A stretch of DNA of 38,527 bases. Source: Paraglomus brasilianum (taxonomy: Eukaryota). This document shows, one piece after another, positions 26,867-38,527 of this stretch (within the stretch, counting starts at the first letter, position 1; every line of letters begins with the position of its first letter). Made by a program: the position numbers and the translations under genes. The stretch covers positions 1 to 38,527 of the forward strand of contig CAJVPI010000256.1 in NCBI GenBank assembly GCA_910592345.1, written 5' to 3'. Under the pieces are notes generated by a model that was given only the letters and a program-made list of their open reading frames with translations, was not told the DNA's origin and made no database searches.

Positions 26867-28647
26867 ATGGATGAGGCTCTCACTAAACCAAGAAATGTTA
26901 CTCACACTCTATACAAACTATACAACTGGATGCAGATGGGAATGATTGACCTCAACCCTGAGTTTCAAAGAGGTATGTTGGCTGCCATTCAAAAGCCTAT
27001 TGTAATATTCTTGCTCTGTATTGCTTGAATTGAAGGACAACTGGTTATTCTAGACAGATTGTGTGAAGACAATAATGGAGCTTTACTACTTTTTATATAA
27101 TGCTAAACAGCCTGTAACTAACTGGTTAATTAATTAATTTTCTGGTAATTAAATACATACATGCTTTGTAACATGACAATATGCAGATGTTGTATGGACA
27201 GGTAAAGTATATAAGTATACCTTGCTTGACTTATAATTACAGGAGAGCAATGCGATAATAGTACGCTTGTTTAATCGCCTTTCTATCGAAAACAGGGACA
27301 AAGCAATCGCATTTGATTGACTCTATCCTAAAAAATTTTTATGTTCCTCCCGTCATTTTTTCGTGCAAGAAGCTTGACAATAAAAGATGGCTGCGAGTGG
27401 TCATCGACGGGAAACAACGATTAACATCCATTAGAAGGTAGTCTTCGGTTCTTGCGTCTCAATTACAGTTGATAATCTGGTATGTTTATACTAAAAATAG
27501 TGCGTATTGTTTAGATTTATGGATGGAGAAATTCCACATACCAGTCCGTCAGAAGGCGGCACATCCAAAAAACACTACAGAGCGGTGTCATCCAACTCCA
27601 GATGCCTATCAGATCCAGAAAGGGAACTCTTCGATTGTTCAGAGCTTGTATGTGGTGAGTAGTAGATTGAACCGAAAACCGGCTGATAACAACGATGACG
27701 CTGGCCGGTAGTGTTAACGATGTGCTGATTGTTGATTTACATCCACTATCATCGCAGTTGAATATTATGATCTTACGTTAGCTCAGGAGCAAGAGATTTT
27801 CAGTAGAGTGCAGTTGGGAGTTGCGCTGACAGCAGCTGGTAAGTTGAGAAGAGATGGTGGATTAGTACACATAATGTTATGAACAAGCAGACAAATTTAT
27901 AAGATCATAGATTTTGCCTTGATTCAGTTTAATTTGATCAATTGGTTTATTTAACATACGTATCAATTGATTAAATTTCATCATTTGTTATATTAATTGT
28001 TAACAATCTCTCTTTCATTCATTACAGAGAAACTACAGGCGATCAGTAGTCCTATGGCAGATTTTGCCCATAATATCTATTCCACGTATCCCGGCTTGGC
28101 CACAATCATTGACACCCGACGCGGTCGACCATTTCAGTTAATCACCCAATCTCTACACCAGATCGAGTATGCACCAGAAGTCTTTCGTGCCACACCTGTC
28201 GTAATCCAAAAGTTTCTTAAAGACGAGCGAGAAGTTCCAGTTGAATTGAGAAGAGTAGCACGCAGGGTATACGATATGATAGTTGCTATGATCGAGGCAG
28301 ATGCTGAATTGTTCCATCGGGGTCATAGACTTGCGCCCATAGAATTTGTATTCCTCTGTTGGATGATTGGAAGATTCCCCGGGCTTTCTATTGCTCAGTA
28401 CCAACATCATCTTCTTGGAATGAAGGATTATGTGAGGGGAAAGCATGAAGATGTGAGATTTAATGGCAAGTGCTACGAAACATTGAAAAGATATCTAGAT
28501 GAACTAGCCTATGAGGTAGAAGACATCCAGGAAATCACACCGGGATATGCGGACTGTGCAGTCGGTGATCATAAATCTCATGGTAATGGTATTACTAATC
28601 TTCGACGAACGAAGAAGATGAAAACCGATGATTCTGCAACTAAATGA
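26867..28647 (+). CDS. DUF262 (GmrSD N-terminal / ParB-Srx-fold) domain protein, 367 aa, 6 exons
   Basis: Exons 26867-26972, 27187-27201 (15 nt), 27296-27437, 27515-27654, 27758-27838 and 28028-28647; all GT-AG, 1104 nt in frame. The spliced protein has IDLNPEFQRDVVW, QSHLIDSILKNFYVPPVIF, VIDGKQRLTSI and EIFSRVQLGVALTAAEK, which are the QR, DGQQR and F.R.N..G..L motifs of DUF262. Confidence 0.9.
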
Positions 28648-31600
28648 ACCGTAAGTGGGTAGTTTTTGAGCGAGAGGGTAAACCAATTTTGTTCGTGTCT
28701 TGTCGAAGTTTATATATTCGTTAGCTGTTGTTCTTGATGTCGTGAATTAGTTATATATATTGTGATCGATATCTAATATATGTAAATTGGTCTAACGTGT
28801 GTAGACGTTCCATTAAAAGAATAAAATCAAGCAACAGTCAATTGGAAGACTTATCAGTGAACTCGTACCGCTGATGACAAACATTTATAGAACAAGAAAT
28901 TTGACATAAATATGCTTCAAGTATCACAGATGTTATCGGTAATTTATTCTTACGAATACATAAATTATTATCCTTTTCCACGTAGATGCAATTAGAAATT
29001 TCTTTGCTGATCACGAAACTGTGCGAGTTCTTTTGAATTGTCACGGAAAGGTCTCAAGGGCTGTCAAGTGCCCCGTGTTCGTGTGTTTAAACTTATGTAT
29101 CTAATTAATACACTCTTCTTTACATATGTGCACGATGTCTTGCCAATATGTTGTTCACAAGAATCAATCAGTAAAAGCTTAAAACATCGGTAGAATGACA
29201 ACGTACCCTTAAACTAATAGTTGTAACTAGTTACCATTGTTGACATTATCAATTATATCCCATTCGCCCGGTGACCGTTAACGGACAAATTTAGATCACA
29301 TGACCATGTCTATTTAACCCTCTGAATATAGACTGTACCTACAACTATGCAACCATCTTTCAGATGTCCGCTAGAAAACACTTCTCCCTTGATCCTGGGA
29401 ATGTGGCAGTTTACCTTTATCGTCAAGTCGTCACTCAAATTTGCATTTTCCGGAATAGAATTACATCACACCTCCCAGAATGATTGTTACAAGTCCCATG
29501 AGCAAAAGCAGTAGGTTTAATACAGACTTTGCATGGTATGCGTTTTTTAGCTCGCCAATATTTATTATTATAGCATCTTCAGGGCGACAACCACAGCGCC
29601 AGAATTGTGTAAATATATTTTTCCGACATGGTAACAAAAGCTTAGTAAATTATATAACGAATGCAAAACCACAAGATATTATTGTTTGAGTACCCAATCG
29701 GGTGGCAATTCGGTATCATGCGGATTACCGTTAATATGAACGTCTATCAGCCTGGTTGATTTTTTTGTACTAGAAATTTCCCGATATAATAAATTTGAGG
29801 AGACCAATTACGCCGCCTATCGCCTTCCAACTCACTGGTTTCAAGTAGGTCATTGTGAGTTAAAAAAATTTTCATCATAACTCATAGGACCTTTGCAAGG
29901 TAGGTAATCTTAGCATATAAATGTTCTTTTTATAGCGTCAGCAGGTTTCATTCATATCAATCAAACGCGTAATTTCATTGTGAATGGCTCTTTTTAAAAA
30001 CAGAAAAATCTTTTACCCAAGCATAACACCTTTCAGATAAGTGCAATAGTAAGTAAATCACATCTTGATGATCAAAAACCTATTTAGCTACAATTTTCTA
30101 ACTAACCCCCGATTTTGATAACCAGTGCCAGGTTTATATGTCTAATTATCAAAGCTTTAATGCACCAAAGAATTCAGAGCCATGATCAGGCAAAAGATTT
30201 TTTGGCCAGGGGAGATGATATGAGTATAAGTTATAAATTTTCTCAAAACATTTACTATTTTTGGAGGTCAAAGGTTTTATATACAGAGAGCATGTTTAAG
30301 CATAGATAAGGGATTGCACATACGAGCCTCATTTGGGACAGTAATTTTATTAAATGACAATCTCAGAATAAATTTGGGCGAGGCTTGTGAATTTGATGCA
30401 GAGCCTGTTTATTCAACCAATCTCTCACATCAGCCAATTCCGGCTTTCTTACACAAATCGCGCAATTTTTCAGTGGTCTGATAATAACCTTGAGGCCTAA
30501 ATAGAGAATACAACAGATTATTTGAATTTTTTAGGATCAATATAAATTACCAGCTTAAATTTGCCAGACATCATCTTTTTTTTTTTCGCGAAATATAGAG
30601 TGGGAGAGAAATATTGGCTAGATTCGGCATTCATGCAACATAACGGATTAGAAACTAGTTATACCAATAAAAAAATATCCGACAAATTATGAGGTTTAGT
30701 AAATTAAGCAAACAAAACTGCTATTGATATCAAAAATAATCAAATTGCTGAGTATGAAGAAGTATTTTCAGACTTAGACCTTAAAAAAATAAAGAAGGGC
30801 TAAGCCTACTCCAAGAACACCAAGGCTGGCACATTTTTTTCAACGGGATCACTGAGGTAAGTCACGCTACTTTCCTAATTCATCGCTGAGAAACTTAGTT
30901 GAACATGCGTTAGACAAATTAACCCAATATTATAATTTAGCAACAGAAAAAAAAACACCCGGGTCGCTATCGATGATGCTATGGGCTGGTAAAACACTAC
31001 TGCAATTATATTGGATGATGTGAAGGAGTTATAAAGGTGAAGAATTAATGCACACATTTTATTATGCAAAAAATAAGACAATATAGGAAATATATGAAAT
31101 CGGAAACGTAAAACAAGAGCTAAATTTTTTTAAATTAAAGGATTACAGAATTAATATACTAAAGAATCAAAACATGGCGAATGCTGACAGTAAATATATG
31201 TAACTATACAAACGGCTCTCAATCAGATTCTACCATATGTGGGGCAGACCACCAGACGATTATTGTAATAAGATCGAAAGGGCCATTGGTTATGCGAACA
31301 TATGACATTTACAAGTCAAAGATGACAAGAAAATATCTCCCCATTCCTGCTAACAACCATATGACTGGTCTGCGGGAACATCCATGAGTCATGCTCACGG
31401 CCTGTAATTTTCTGTCCAGTGCTGCGTTGTGTATACCACTGGCATATGGCCAGTGTCTTCAGTTTCCTCGACTGTGCAATTTATTTTCAATTGTTTGTAT
31501 AATAACATGCGCAGTAATTTTTTATATTATTTAGATTTTGTGCATAAATACCTTGACAAATTAGTCCGAGTGGTCAATTATTTCAATCCTAGACTATGCA

Positions 31601-32433
31601 AATCAAAACAAGAAATATATTCTCATAGTAAATAATCTCAGGGTCGACACATATGCAGCAAAAAAAAGCGGGTGGGCTAATATTAAAACTTAACAAGTTA
31701 TCAGAAGCAATCGACAATTTTGCTTTAAAAAAAATAGCAGAAAGAGCAGAAGTATCAGATTACAGTAAAATAACAGTTACATCTGGAAGCACTAAAGGTG
31801 CCACATGTCAACCAAATGTATGAATAAACATTTTTATTTATTTTGTTCAGAAATGCTATAACACATAATGAAAATTGGCAAGCTGGAGAAAACATATCCC
31901 TACAAGGTTGGTAGATCCACATATTTACTGAAGAGTTTTATGGAATTGCTAGAAATCAGGCATATTATTAGATTTTGTTGAAGTAGTTTGATTAAAAAAA
32001 GATAAGTCTTGACCCTAAAGCTTTTTACTTTATTGGCCCTGTCTTATCTCATTAGTAATTTTTTCCCTATTTCTGATCTAAAGTTATTAACTTTCTCGTT
32101 TAACTTTGCCAGACCAAATTTCATTAGTTCAATGTATCAACTATCTGTTCTGAAGTATTTAAAGTTACAAGGTCAGTGCTAATCGTGTCGAAAATCTGTA
32201 ATTTGTTGCATCTTCTCTATTTGTGCCATCTTTGGAGTGGAAATTTTAAATAATTAAGAGTAGTTTGTTTGTGCTTCGTAAAGCCCGTTTTCAGCTTTGA
32301 GTTTGGCATTTTCTGACTGTCTTATCTGATTCCGCAATTCTAACCTCAAGCGCTTACGAATATTAAATATACATCAAAATATGTACAGTATTTAAAGGAA
32401 TAATAACGCGATTAAAATTACAGTATATGTTTG

Positions 32434-32579
32434 TATAGGTAAAACCTGTTTAAACCGGCAACCTTGTTTTGTTTTTTGTCGGTTTAGCCAGAGACCGATT
32501 CAGATAATTCGGTCGTTAGACAGCTGGTTAAATCCGATACTTGTTTGGTCAGTGTCGGCTCAAATAGGTTTTACCCGTA
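32434..32579. mobile_element. MITE, about 146 bp including flanking TA, Tc1/pogo-like TIRs
   Basis: The left end TATAGGTAAAACCTGTTTAAACCGGCA and the reverse complement of the right end TACGGGTAAAACCTATTTGAGCCGACA match at 21/27 positions, all mismatches being transitions. TA at both ends; no ORF. Confidence 0.75.
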
Positions 32580-35126
32580 ATAATTGTTTTATATTTTTTC
32601 AATATTACGGATAGTATAAAGTATATTACGAAACACGGATCATAGAATAATTACTAAAATTTTTAAAGGCTATCTGCTATGTCTGCTACAAGAAATGAAG
32701 AGAAACTTTTTTGAGGAAACTAGTTTGACTTCGCATCACTTATCTTATAAGAGTGTATTGGCAATCAAAATTAATGCTTGCCTGAGTTATTGTGCGTTCT
32801 GTTCTTTCTTATGCTTTATATTTTTTTCTCAATTAGTTGGGTAATTGGAGTGTTTATTTTTTGTAAAAAACGACTTAAAGCTGTTTTTAGACAGCTAGTA
32901 CATGAATAGAGGCAGAGTTATCTAAACAAGACTGCTAAATCGATGGTTATTAGCCAGGAATAAGAATGGTTGAGATGCAAAATGGAATATAGAAACTATA
33001 AACAGACAAAAATTGCTAAGAAATAATGTAGTGGGAGAGAAGAGAAAACTTATTTGGACGAAATTGGAGATACGAAAATTGAAGGGCCGCTGGCTTGAGT
33101 GAAATAGAAATTGTCATAAATAATATGTAAGAGCATTAAAAAATCAATGATAGTTGGGAAAGAATCAAAGGCACGAGAAAAAGTTCAAATGATTAGATGG
33201 AAATTAGAGGTCAGTGACATGACTTGACAGGGAGATAAGCTTGCACGACATTAAGTATCCAGATTCAGATGGAATATTCAGAGCACGATAATTCAAAACT
33301 CTATTCTGAAGTCCAGATTAAAATATCCCTCCCAACTCGATATACTCATCAATATTTATGCAAAACTGGGTGTAACTTGCTTTGATGTGACACATTTCCA
33401 AGCTTGACTGCTTAAAAACGATGTCTCGAATTTCTTAGAAATTGGCTTCAGTTTGCTGATGTAAGCTTGACCACGATAATTAAATTGTGTACGGTATATC
33501 CAAGTTCTACGATGATTGACATGATTGGTAATCAAGCATATGTGACCACAACGTTCTGTCTGTCGAACGGGAAAGCGGCGAAAGTCTGGGTTTCTGTGAA
33601 AAAGAATTATAGTATGCTACCTTGCCACCACGCGCTCAACTGCATGTTACTCATTTACGGAAACACTCTTTCTGATCGACATATGTTTGTCTGTTGACCC
33701 GACAGATAGCCTCTTTATTTGGTTAGTAAAAATTAATTTTCCCATGCCTGTAAGTAGGTGGACCTATGGAAATTCTGCATTGAATTCATTGTCGTTCTGT
33801 GTTGCACAAAGAACATTCCATATGGAATCTGTAGTTTGAACCAGAATATTGGGGCTGACAAATCAGCCCAGATTTCGGCGTTGAAGTATTTATACACTCG
33901 CGTAATAAAAAATTAATAACTTCCGATTATGTAAGTATTCTTCCAAACCATCGATAAGCCGATCATCGCTTGACGTTTTTCCAATCACATGTTTAACCTT
34001 GAGACTACGTTTGCAAATTCGGCATACGCATCTACAATGAATGCTAAGTGTTGGGTTCTTACATTAAATAAGTAGTTGACAGTCTACTTCTTCTACTATA
34101 ACATGTCCAGATATATTTATTACCCAGATCTAAAACGAGAATTTGCTGGTTTTGACGCATTCATACATGTTTGAATAACATGAATACCGAATTAGATTGC
34201 AAGTGGATAAGGCAAAAACTAAGTCACTAATATTAGATACCAGACAATTAACTTTTTTCGGGGTGTTTGTTTTATGGAAATGTTACACGAAATCATGTGT
34301 ACGTTTAAAAATTTTCGATTGTACCGTACCACTACCGTAAAAGGAATATCAATGTGTGATTCGAAAAGAACAAATAAATTGTAGATAAGGATTAGGTTTG
34401 TAGATGAGTTGTTCGGTCGCTTATCAATCTGAAATAAATGTGCATTGACAATGTAAATCCCAAACGCACAATTTATTTTTAAGGAAAGTCGTTGTTCTTT
34501 TCTCTGACAACTAAACAATAAAGAACGTCGGCATACATACACTATTATTGTTCAATCCAATAGAACGGATCGGTTCAAATTTCTTCCCAGGTGACACAAC
34601 AATCTCCAACTTGATTAACGATCTTTTACTTGTTTTATCTTGTAATAATGTAAATCACTGTTCACCGAGTGTATTTATAGCATGTTCTAAAATAAGATTG
34701 CTAATAAAGTTCAAATGGTTATATCTAATCGAAGGGGCCAACGTTAATCGCTAACAGTTCGATCTTAACACACGTACTGTAGCCAATCTCTTACTTTTGC
34801 CAATGTTGATCATTATGATGTCAGTTTGAAGGCTCAAGAGATTGTATATTACTGCGCCTTTTCAATTCATAAATTCATTGGCCGTTAATTCTTTATTGAC
34901 ATTAAGTATTTACACTAAACACGGTTTAATCTTTATACATGCATACTACAAAAGGCAAGAATACAACAAAATAGGGAAGTACAAGTGCTAAACCCCAATC
35001 AGGACGACCCCAAAGCTTCTTTTTTTTTTTTTTGATCGTAACTTAATCGTATTTATTATTATATTTGCAGTCCTCCCCTGAGATTTTGTTTGTTACCAGA
35101 AACTACTGGATTCACCCGCGGATCAC

Positions 35127-35337
35127 ATGAGGTGAGTTGTGTTTATAATGCTTGCTCGTACCGACTTTTCGTTGTTTCACATCTGGCACACTACATATTT
35201 ATAAGATAACCCGAATCTATCATTAAAATATCTCTACTTCGTTTTTATTCTGCCATCATTTCTGTCACTATCGCCGCTCTTTAATTCATTTTCATAACTC
35301 TCTAAACACTCTTTTCTATTCTCATAGCCGCCTATAA
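35127..35337 (+). promoter_or_regulatory. Putative 5'-UTR intron (35132-35327) creating a 4-codon uORF
   Basis: ATG AG|GTGAGT ... pyrimidine-rich tract CTCATAG|C CGC CTA TAA ATG: M-S-R-L-stop directly followed by the main ATG at 35338. Confidence 0.55.
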
Positions 35338-37046
35338 ATGACTAGTATTACAAGCACATTATCTCACCATGCATATCTAGTCGTTGAAGTTATCTCCAAC
35401 CTCGAGGAACAGATAGATCTCTTCTCATGTTGTCTAGTCTCTCGCCTCTGGAATACATGTGCAACATACACACTCTGGCGAGCACCTCGCATAAAACGTG
35501 CCACCACCTTTGACAAGTTTATTCGCACTCTCTGTCGCACTAAACAAAACGGATCAACCTATGCATATGGCTGCTTGATACATAGTCTCGACTTGTCTCG
35601 AGTATCGCATCATGTCGGATCGGCAGAACTAGATTTAATATCTGAAATATGCGGCGTGTTGAAACATATTGATTTTTCTAATGTTGGAAACGTTTCGACT
35701 ACTTTAATGTGCCAAATTGCATATCGATGCTCTGATTTACGAACATTGAAATTACTAAATTTACCCCAGCTTAGTGACAAAGCAATCGATATGATATTCA
35801 GCCAATGTCCAAGAATGGAACACTTTTCCATCGGTGATTGCGGAAATGTTACCGACAAAGGTCTCACCGGGATAGCTCACTATGGAAAGAATCTTACTGG
35901 CCTCGAGATAATTCTTGGCAACAAGATCTCATGCGATACTCTGTCGTCAATAACCAATTCATGTACAAAACTCAAACGACTCCACATCTGGGACTGCGGA
36001 AACTTAGACGACTCGGCCATATTATCGATTTCTATAAATCTGAATGATACTTTGGAATCGCTTATATTGAACAATCCACCCGCACTTACAGATGAGTCAT
36101 TGGTACAAATTGCTATGCGATGTCGTAATTTGAAACATTTTGGACTTGAACCGCATTGGGGAGTTACAAATTCTACTTTGGCCGTCTTAGCTGAAAATGC
36201 AAACGGCCTGGAGTCATTGCAACTGTCTTTACAATATGCAAGTCGAATAACTAATGAGGGGATCTTTGTATTGTCCCGTCGTTTGAAAAACCTCAAGAAA
36301 ATTCAGATTCAGGAATCGAATACACTACATGTTAATGATCTAGGTCTGACTTTTTTAATTACAGAACAGCGCATTAACTTGACTAGTCTACACATTTACA
36401 ATTGTAATTTTAGTGATCTCGTTCTTGACACTATTGTCAAGACTCGCCCGCCTATAAATGACGTCTGCTTCTTTCAGTTACCATCAATATCAGATTACCA
36501 TTTTATTCGTTTCCTTGCAGCAGTATCGGATACTTTAAATTCTTTACAGTTGTCGTATTGCGATAATATTACGGAATTCAGTGTAATTGAAGGGTTAGGA
36601 GTATATGGGAGTGGTTTAAGAAAACTCAGCATTTGTCCCTCAGGTGAAATGACTGCTGAGGGACTAAAAGCTATATCCACAGGGTGTCCAAATCTAAAAG
36701 AATTCTATTTGTCAAGTACCGAAGATTTACCAACTCAGGTATACCCGAGCAATCCATATAAAAGCAATATATGTTCAATTCAAATATTGATTGTTGTTGT
36801 TGTTATTATTATTATTATTATTTACAGGTTATCACATTACTGCTGACGAGTTTAAGAGAACTTGAGCAACTTCGAATTCGAGATTGCCCCAGCATCCATC
36901 CTGATGATCTTAGAATAATAGCATGTGGATGTCCCAACCTTAAGGAGTTCTACTTTGGCCCTAGTCCATACGTAGACTATGCATTTATACAAGAATATAA
37001 TTCTAATGGCAAATCAAGACCTTTACTTGTACAAGGTGAAGGATGA
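35338..37046 (+). CDS. F-box/leucine-rich repeat (FBXL/RNI-like) protein, 539 aa, 2 coding exons
   Basis: Exons 35338-36738 and 36828-37046 (phase-0 GT-AG intron). F-box-like EVISNL...DLFSCCLVSRLWN.CA..TLWRAP, followed by many cysteine-containing LRRs (e.g. CPRMEHFSIGDCGNVTDKGL, CTKLKRLHIWDCGNLDD, CPNLKEFYL). Confidence 0.92.
36791..36820 (+). repeat. Compound microsatellite (TTG)4(TTA)6 inside the F-box/LRR intron
   Basis: Directly visible just before the TTTACAG acceptor. It explains the artefactual VVVVIIIII and CCCCYYYYYY runs in the ORF track. Confidence 0.9.
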
Positions 37047-38527
37047 ATAAGACATCACAGACTCTCATGCATATATGGAACCATAAATTTTCATTCTGGA
37101 AAGAATATCGACTTTTATGAAGCCTGTTAATCAATACTTTAGAATGAGAGGCGTAACTTTACAATCTTTCTTGTTACCTTCTTTTTGATAAAAGTTATAA
37201 AATTTATACGCCATGTAAAATTTGAAGTTCAATATGGTTACAATGTTATTGAAACGTTTGGTTTTTTGCAAAGATTCAGGCAAACAATATCTTTTCTTCT
37301 GATAATCAGATACGAGTGGCAGGGGATCTGACATGTTCGCTAAAGTCATTTTATATTTTGAATGCTCATTTCAACATTGGACGACATGATACATATACAG
37401 CATTAGTTGTATTTTGGGAAGCACGGCGAAACTTTATAAATAAAAATTATTATAAGATTTTCATTCAGTCTGGCAGATATTCATTACGGCTGACGCGTTT
37501 CGCAAGTTGCTGTATGTAGGATGTTAACTAGTATATGAGTAACGAGTTAAAGAACAGTTACGTCATTAAAACATGAGACTTTAGCTTGGACTTTATGCAT
37601 AAGCCACGCTTTAAAATTGCACGTAAATTAGGCAAACCACAGATATACTTTATTATTTGACAATGACAATAGTGTGGCTTGCACTATTGAAGTTATGAGT
37701 CATGATGTATAGGGCGTGCGGGAGAATATACGCGAATTGCTGAAATCAAAAGAGAACATCTACATCTACGTTAGAATTCTGAAGCCTCTAACCTGTGCGT
37801 GAGACGCGATAATTAGTTTATTCGCGGACTGTCATATTATACAGTATATCATTGATTGACAAGTGTTGCACAAAGTCCGTTCTTAGTCTTGGATTCTTAA
37901 CTTGTTGGTTGGTACTGCAACTTGCAAACCTCACGAAAATGGCATCGATCGTGATGAGAATCCTGATGAAGTTCTGATGCAATTTGCAAGAGATACCGGT
38001 ACTAGTCGAGCGAGAAATAACAGTCATTAAGACTTTAATTTCGAGTCGACGGAAGAACTCAAATCATGCTATATGTTATCATATGGCTCTATCTGCATAG
38101 CATGCAACTCCAAATAAGAGGGATCCTTGCTATGGTGACAAAACGAATAGTATTATAGCATGACCTTTATAATTTTAAAAAAATAAAATTGATGTTGACA
38201 ATTCACATTGACGATGATAGATCTCGGTTGAAACTCCAGAAAATATTTTTGTGTTCCCTCAACAGTTAAACACAAATTTGAAGGAGCAGTTATGTGTAGA
38301 AATAAGATCTTGTTATGTGACATAATAATGATAAACATGATGGTTGACGTTTTTGATGGATCGTCACGCATCAAGCTAACTTCTTTCAAATATTGTATAC
38401 GATGTACTGTAATATCAATATAGCGTCTCCCGTAAGAGAATATCCATGTAACAACTGATGTTCATAACGATAGGGTCTCTTCCAACTTTTGCAACTTCGC
38501 TACCGATACCTCATCCGTTTAGCATTA

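Noticed and set aside
32270..32345. Minus-strand ELRNQIRQSENAKLKAEN coiled-coil-like fragment
   Set aside because: Too short and bounded by stops; no assignable gene.
34219..34754. ORFs 34219-34542 and 34548-34754, and a faint minus-strand MYADV (YADD-like) fragment
   Set aside because: No convincing family motif; possibly a LINE remnant but too degraded to call.
36739..36827. F-box/LRR intron donor GTATACCC as a U12 GT-AG intron, and the hydrophobic tail of ORF 35338-36846 as a membrane anchor
   Set aside because: The donor lacks the ATCC consensus and no TCCTTAAC branch site is present; the tail is translated intron microsatellite.
37818..38389. ORFs 37818-38027 and 38153-38389 near the window end
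   Set aside because: No recognisable motifs or consistent splice structure.

Overview
AT-rich, intron-rich eukaryotic DNA, most likely from an early-diverging fungus (Mucoromycota-like; inferred from gene content, intron style and transposon types). I reconstructed five apparently intact spliced genes by hand: an F-box/Kelch protein (+, 3032-5297), WDR7/Rabconnectin-3 beta (-, 17458-10982, about 24 exons), mitochondrial class II fumarase (-, 21776-18730, 15 exons), a stand-alone DUF262 (GmrSD/ParB-Srx-fold) protein (+, 26867-28647, 6 exons) and an F-box/LRR protein (+, 35338-37046). Intergenic DNA holds decayed Tc1, mariner, LINE and MITE relics and short tandem arrays. Highlights: (1) a minor-spliceosome (U12-type) AT-AC intron in WDR7; (2) an intron-containing homologue of a prokaryotic modified-DNA defence domain (DUF262) whose promoter and first two exons lie in a 723-bp stretch with no CpG, headed by a 20-bp palindrome broken only at its central dinucleotide; (3) a spliced 4-codon uORF whose stop abuts the F-box/LRR start codon; (4) an animal-type mariner relic. 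All family assignments come from recalled motifs; no database search was run.
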